Assembly: GCA_965223425.1 (NCBI GenBank)
Contig: OZ245003.1
Location: forward strand, 704,001-768,000
Length of the DNA: 64,000 nucleotides
From: Nitrosopumilus sp.
GTDB taxonomy: Archaea; Thermoproteota; Nitrososphaeria; Nitrososphaerales; Nitrosopumilaceae
Direction of reading: 5' to 3'
Positions within the stretch are counted from its first letter, which is position 1. Each line of letters opens with the position of its first letter. The position numbers and the translations under genes are program-made. The notes below the pieces were generated by a model, which did not search any database, was not told where the DNA came from, and saw only the letters and a program-made list of their open reading frames with translations. This document shows, piece by piece, positions 59,661-64,000 of this stretch.

Positions 59661-60726
59661 GATGAGTTGCACAATTGATTCAGTTTGAGTATAATCTCAA
59701 TATTTCCTGACAACAAGATCCAAAGCTAAGAAATAACCATTTTCAATTCATGTTCAATCACACGAAACTAGCAAAAAGACCAAAACAATTCCTGTCAATA
59801 ACAGGACTGACTGCTCCGCAATTTGGTTCCTTGTCAAAAGAAATACAAAAAAAATACAAAACTACAGAAGCAAGACGTCTATCAAAAAAGAAAGGAAAAA
59901 GAGACATTGGTGCAGGACACAGGTTTGATCTACCAGTCAAAGACAGAGTTCTGATGCTGTCAATGCACTACAGAATGTACACAACACACGATATGTCGGG
60001 AATGATATTTGACCTGAACAAGTCGAATGTGATGCGAGATATCAGATATTTGGAGCCCGCAGTAAAGCAGTCAATCCCAATTCCCGCCAAAAAGTATGCA
60101 GGTTCAAAAAAGATCAGCGGCATGCAGCAGCTCCAAGAGTTCTTCCCGGAACTAATTGCAATCACAGGCGGCACGGAGCAGCCAATACCGAGGCCAAAAA
60201 ACAAGCGCAAACGTAAAACACACTATTCGGGCAAAAAGAAAACCCACACAGTACAAAACCAGATTACGATAAATCTTGACGGAACCATAATTCACAAACC
60301 TGCACGTTCACCCGGACGTCGCCACGGTTACAAAATTTACAAATCAAAACATCCGACACTCCGAAGAGCTGTTAAACTTTTATGACCTTGGATATTTGGG
60401 GATTGAAAAGGACTTTCCAAAACAGACCAGCATTTTGCCATACAGAAAAAAGAAAGGAAAAAAGTTAACTGATTCTCAGAAAGAGCGGAACAAATCTCAA
60501 GCTAAAGTTAGAATCAGGATAGAGCATGTCATTGCACAAATCAAAAAATTCAGAATTAGCGCAGATGCATTTGGGAACAGATTGTGTCGTTATGACGCCA
60601 TTGGCGAGATAGTTTGCGGAATTGTTAATTTCAAGATACGGTGGAGGCAAGAGCTTGCTGTGATTCCATAAAATCAAAAACTATCGAGTGAAAGATGGGA
60701 TTTTGATTGTAATTGCGCAACTCATC
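59661..60726 (+). mobile_element. IS5-family (ISL2-like) element with frameshifted transposase
   Basis: TIRs gatgagttgcacaatt / aattgcgcaactcatc flanked by TA; ORFs 59750-60385 and 60396-60671 (YSGKKK, RIRIEH); first catalytic Asp region reads ITGGTE. Confidence 0.85.
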
Positions 60727-60734
60727 TAATCATG

Positions 60735-61020
60735 CAAAATCCGGTGCATCGTCAGCAGAACGCGCAAAATGCCCCAGATGCAACAAGTCGGCAGACTCGA
60801 GAAAAGAGATCGAAAAAGAGTTCGGATATCGCAATATGGACGGAATGGCAAGACCGCAGTCATGGTGCAGGGATTGCAGAACACGGTGACCGACAAAACA
60901 ACGCTGAAGTTAAACGTGATGATGGTTTTTGACAACATTCCAGATGTTAAGTACAAGGTCAACGGCAGGACACCGCTGGAATGGGCAATATATTGTAGCG
61001 GTCTACATACGGATACCTGA
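60735..61020 (+). pseudogene. Type ISP restriction-modification enzyme C-terminal fragment
   Basis: DKTTLKLN...NIPDVKYKVNGRTPLEWAI resembles the LlaBIII-type C-terminal domain. Confidence 0.6.
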
Positions 61021-61069
61021 AATTCCAAAGGAACCATCATTTTTGCCTTAAATACCAAACTGCGTATCT

Positions 61070-61954
61070 ATGTTAATGTCGCTTACATCCTTCCTGAAGA
61101 TTCCAGAAGTAAAGGCCATGTTCAGGGAAGAGTTTCCTGTCAAAAATACCAACACGAAACTGAACGGTGAGATGAAGGCTCCACCGCTAACAAAAAACTA
61201 CACGCTTGTAGGCACGGCCTTTGATTACGTCCTTCGGTTTCTGCTAGAGCATACAAACCCCACATGTAAGGCAAGGCAGTGGGTCGTCGAGGAGTTCATG
61301 CATCCCAAGCCAGACCTCACCCAGTCACCCAGATATGGGGAAAATTTTGCAGGAGACATGGATGCCATAATGGGAAAAATGGAGTTATACCTAGATGATG
61401 CAAAAAAGAGACATACCGGGTACATCGAAAGAGGAGTCATGGACGATGGCATATTTAAAACAGCAATAGTTCTTGCACAGATGGAACATGCATATCGCAG
61501 TCGGGCCTCAGATAACTTTGATACCCTTCTTGGAAGCGTAGACGGCGGGGACATCGAGGACCTTTGTAATCTGGCGGCCGTAGTGGATGTGGACAAGTTC
61601 CACGCAAAAAAGGCTTGCTACCTGAATCCGGTATTTGGAGATGCCTCAATCCTGGTGGGCGGCGCAGATGCAGACCTCATTGTGGACGATGTTCTAATTG
61701 ACATCAAGACCACAAAGAACCTGTCGTTCAGGCAGGATCACTACAACCAGCTTATAGGGTACTATGTACTCTCAAAGCTTGGCATGGTCAACGGGACAGA
61801 AGAAGTCGCCATTTCACGGCTTGGGATATATTTCTCAAGACATGGACTGCTGCATACCGTTCCTGTAGAGGACATAGAGAACAACCCAAACTTTCCAAAA
61901 TTCGTAGAAACTTTCGAAAAACTGGCCTTGGCCAAATTTTCCCGAGCCGGATAA
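61070..61954 (+). CDS. PD-(D/E)XK nuclease-superfamily protein
   Basis: GGADADLIVDDVLIDIKTT...QLIGY, RecB/Cas4-like motifs without Cas4 cysteines. Confidence 0.7.
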   Translation: MLMSLTSFLKIPEVKAMFREEFPVKNTNTKLNGEMKAPPLTKNYTLVGTAFDYVLRFLLEHTNPTCKARQWVVEEFMHPKPDLTQSPRYGENFAGDMDAIMGKMELYLDDAKKRHTGYIERGVMDDGIFKTAIVLAQMEHAYRSRASDNFDTLLGSVDGGDIEDLCNLAAVVDVDKFHAKKACYLNPVFGDASILVGGADADLIVDDVLIDIKTTKNLSFRQDHYNQLIGYYVLSKLGMVNGTEEVAISRLGIYFSRHGLLHTVPVEDIENNPNFPKFVETFEKLALAKFSRAG

Positions 61955-62098
61955 TCAGAACTTCTGCGAGGGCAAACCGGGGAATAAACCACCGGACCGG
62001 AGACACAAATGATTCTCACAACCACCATTTCCACTCTACGCTCATTGGCAAAAAGGTCTTAAACTTCCCATAGCCTGATCCAGTAATTGGGCAAGACC

Positions 62099-64000
62099 AT
62101 GACAAGGTACTATCCACAGAGTACCGGCATAGAATCCTCAAAGCCAAAGTCATGCTACTGCGGGCACGGGGACGACTTTAGGACGATATCCAGGGCAGAC
62201 AAGAACGACACGCGCTACATCAGTAGTTCCCAGATGTAGATTTGTGCCTAGATGTAGGTTTATGCCCAGATGCCGGTGCGTTACCGCATAACTGCAATGC
62301 AAAGATCCAGATTAGGCTACGGCGTGCAATATGTCATGAAAGTCGAATTACATGACGAACTGATCGCACGCCAGTACAATATAACATCAAACCGGTTTAA
62401 AATCCTGCGCTCGTCGTTTCAAAAGCTTGGCATGCCAATGTCTGAGAGGCACAACGCCGTATACGGATGCAATGACATACTGGACGTGCTAATCAAGGCG
62501 TCTGAGAGAAACACGTTTGTAGAATCCCTCGTACGGCACAACAGGCTTCAAGACACGGGTGCACGTACGCCTGATGCAGACCTGGTCATGTCTGCAGTCC
62601 GTGGCGTCGAACCGGCAGACGTGCAGGCCTGGTGTGCAAGGACGCTGGCACGCACGGTGCGGCACGCCCGCCGTGCAGGAATGCTGCAGGACATCGACGC
62701 CATTGCAATAGACGTTACGGACATACCATACCATGGGGAGCAGCTGCAGGAGCATACAAGAAAGTCGCGTCCAAGGGCAGGAACATCCACGTTTCTCTCG
62801 TATGTCGCAGTGCACGGAGTCGGCAGGGACTCCTCGCAGGTTGTCCTGGAATCGAAGCTGCTGCCGGCAAAGGAAAAACTGGCCGATTTTATAGCCAAAA
62901 CACGCACGAAAATCCTCAGAGGGGGGGCGCACACTCAAAGATTGTGTTCCTGTACGACCGCGCCTTTTACAACGTTGACTGCATGACAGAGGCAGGAAAG
63001 GGCGGGTGCCGCTACATTATGCCTGTCATCATGAACTCCAAGATCAAGAGGATAGTCAAGATGTACAAGGACGGAAAGGCAAGCCAGGTATCGCAGCAGT
63101 CAATGACCAACAAAGACGGCGTAACTGTGACCTACAACCTTGTAATTGTCAAAAGAGACAGGAAGAAGAAGAAGAAAAAGGGGGAGGGGGAAGAGGAGGG
63201 GGAGGAGCAATACATTGCGTTTGCAACAAACATTCCCATCAGGAGCGCCAGAGCCATGACAGGCATCATACCGGAGCAGTACCGCAAGATGGGGCATCGA
63301 GACGGGGTTTCGCGTCATAAAGGAGATCATGGGCAGGACATGCAGCAACTCCCTGTCTGTGAGGCTGCTGATGTTTTACCTGCCGCTGCTGCTGTACAAC
63401 CTGTGGAGGATTGCCAGGTTCTGCCTTGATGCGGGAAAGAGGCACGGAAGAGCGTCTTCTGCGGGAAAAAAACTCACCATGGCGCTGTTTATCGTGTACA
63501 TTACAAGCAGAAACGAGTTGTTTGTCAATGATCGAGGCAAGTAGAACCGATGCCAGTTGCGGTTGCGGTAAATCTACATCTGGGAACTACTGACATGTGC
63601 AACAAGTGCAAGAAGAGCTACATTGTCAGGAATCCCGAGACGGACAGGCAGCAGATCAAAAAGATGGGCAGCATCCTGGACAATGTCATACTCGGGATGA
63701 GCTCAAGGCAGACGTGCCTCAAGATGTTCATAGACTGGGGCCACGTCATAAAGCACCCCACCATACTCAGTTGGTCAAAGAACCACGTCCAGTACGCAAA
63801 GATGTTCACAGACGACATACTCTGCTGCCTGGAGTACGGGAGCGTGTGGGGGATAGACGAGACGGCAATGGATATACGCGGATGGTGGCACGAGGCAGAC
63901 CCCGAGCTCCTCTCCCAGATGAGGACAATCGAGAAGAAGGCAAGGGAGTACGGGCTTCTCAAGGACCCGGAGTTCAAGAAGGAATGGGAGAGGCTGCGCG
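62099..64000 (+). pseudogene. Zn-ribbon DDE transposase (IS6/IS1-like), interrupted by ISH3; runs off the window
   Basis: Removing 62221-63596 restores ...CYCG...RYMCNKCKKSY...WGIDET in a single frame. Confidence 0.75.
62221..63592 (+). mobile_element. ISH3-family IS with frameshifted transposase
   Basis: Perfect 23-bp TIR cagtagttcccagatgtagattt; ACAT duplication; AIDVTDIPYHG, YDRAFY and AFATN across three frames. Confidence 0.88.

Noticed and set aside
61070-61954. Cas4 call
   Set aside because: Lacks the four-cysteine Fe-S motif and any cas context.
62915-63300. Programmed frameshifting in the ISH3 transposase
   Set aside because: Two separate shifts, one at a G7 run; decay or homopolymer sequencing error is simpler.

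Overview
Archaeal chromosome segment from a Nitrosopumilus-like ammonia-oxidising thaumarchaeote. A host-associated (e.g. sponge-symbiont) lifestyle is inferred from the IS load and giant surface proteins. The AT-rich core backbone carries cofE, two LeuC/D-family pairs, rps9-rpl13-rpl18e-rpoD, SBDS-exosome-rpl37ae-pcc1-prefoldin-XPF, NAD kinase, rhodanese, a GT2, a CPA2 antiporter, rpl10e, endA and tRNA-Gly/Glu. It is interrupted by two visibly GC-richer ~9.7 kb paralogous giant surface-protein genes and many decaying mobile elements. Main observations: (1) the second giant gene is the only intact gene in a 10.5 kb unit bounded by ISH3-type CAG inverted ends with a TTGGTT target duplication, and a second unit with the same ends (CTCTT duplication) carries other cargo; (2) both giant genes have a G14 tract and the same upstream-ORF/TGA/TTG geometry, a candidate phase-variation switch; (3) the two proteins are shuffled mosaics of shared modules, with 7-bladed repeat propellers whose variation is focused in two loops per blade. 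Also present are microproteins missed by the ORF track (metallothionein-like, C2H2-like), a tRNA-Glu island remnant and nested IS elements. All calls are by eye, without database searches.
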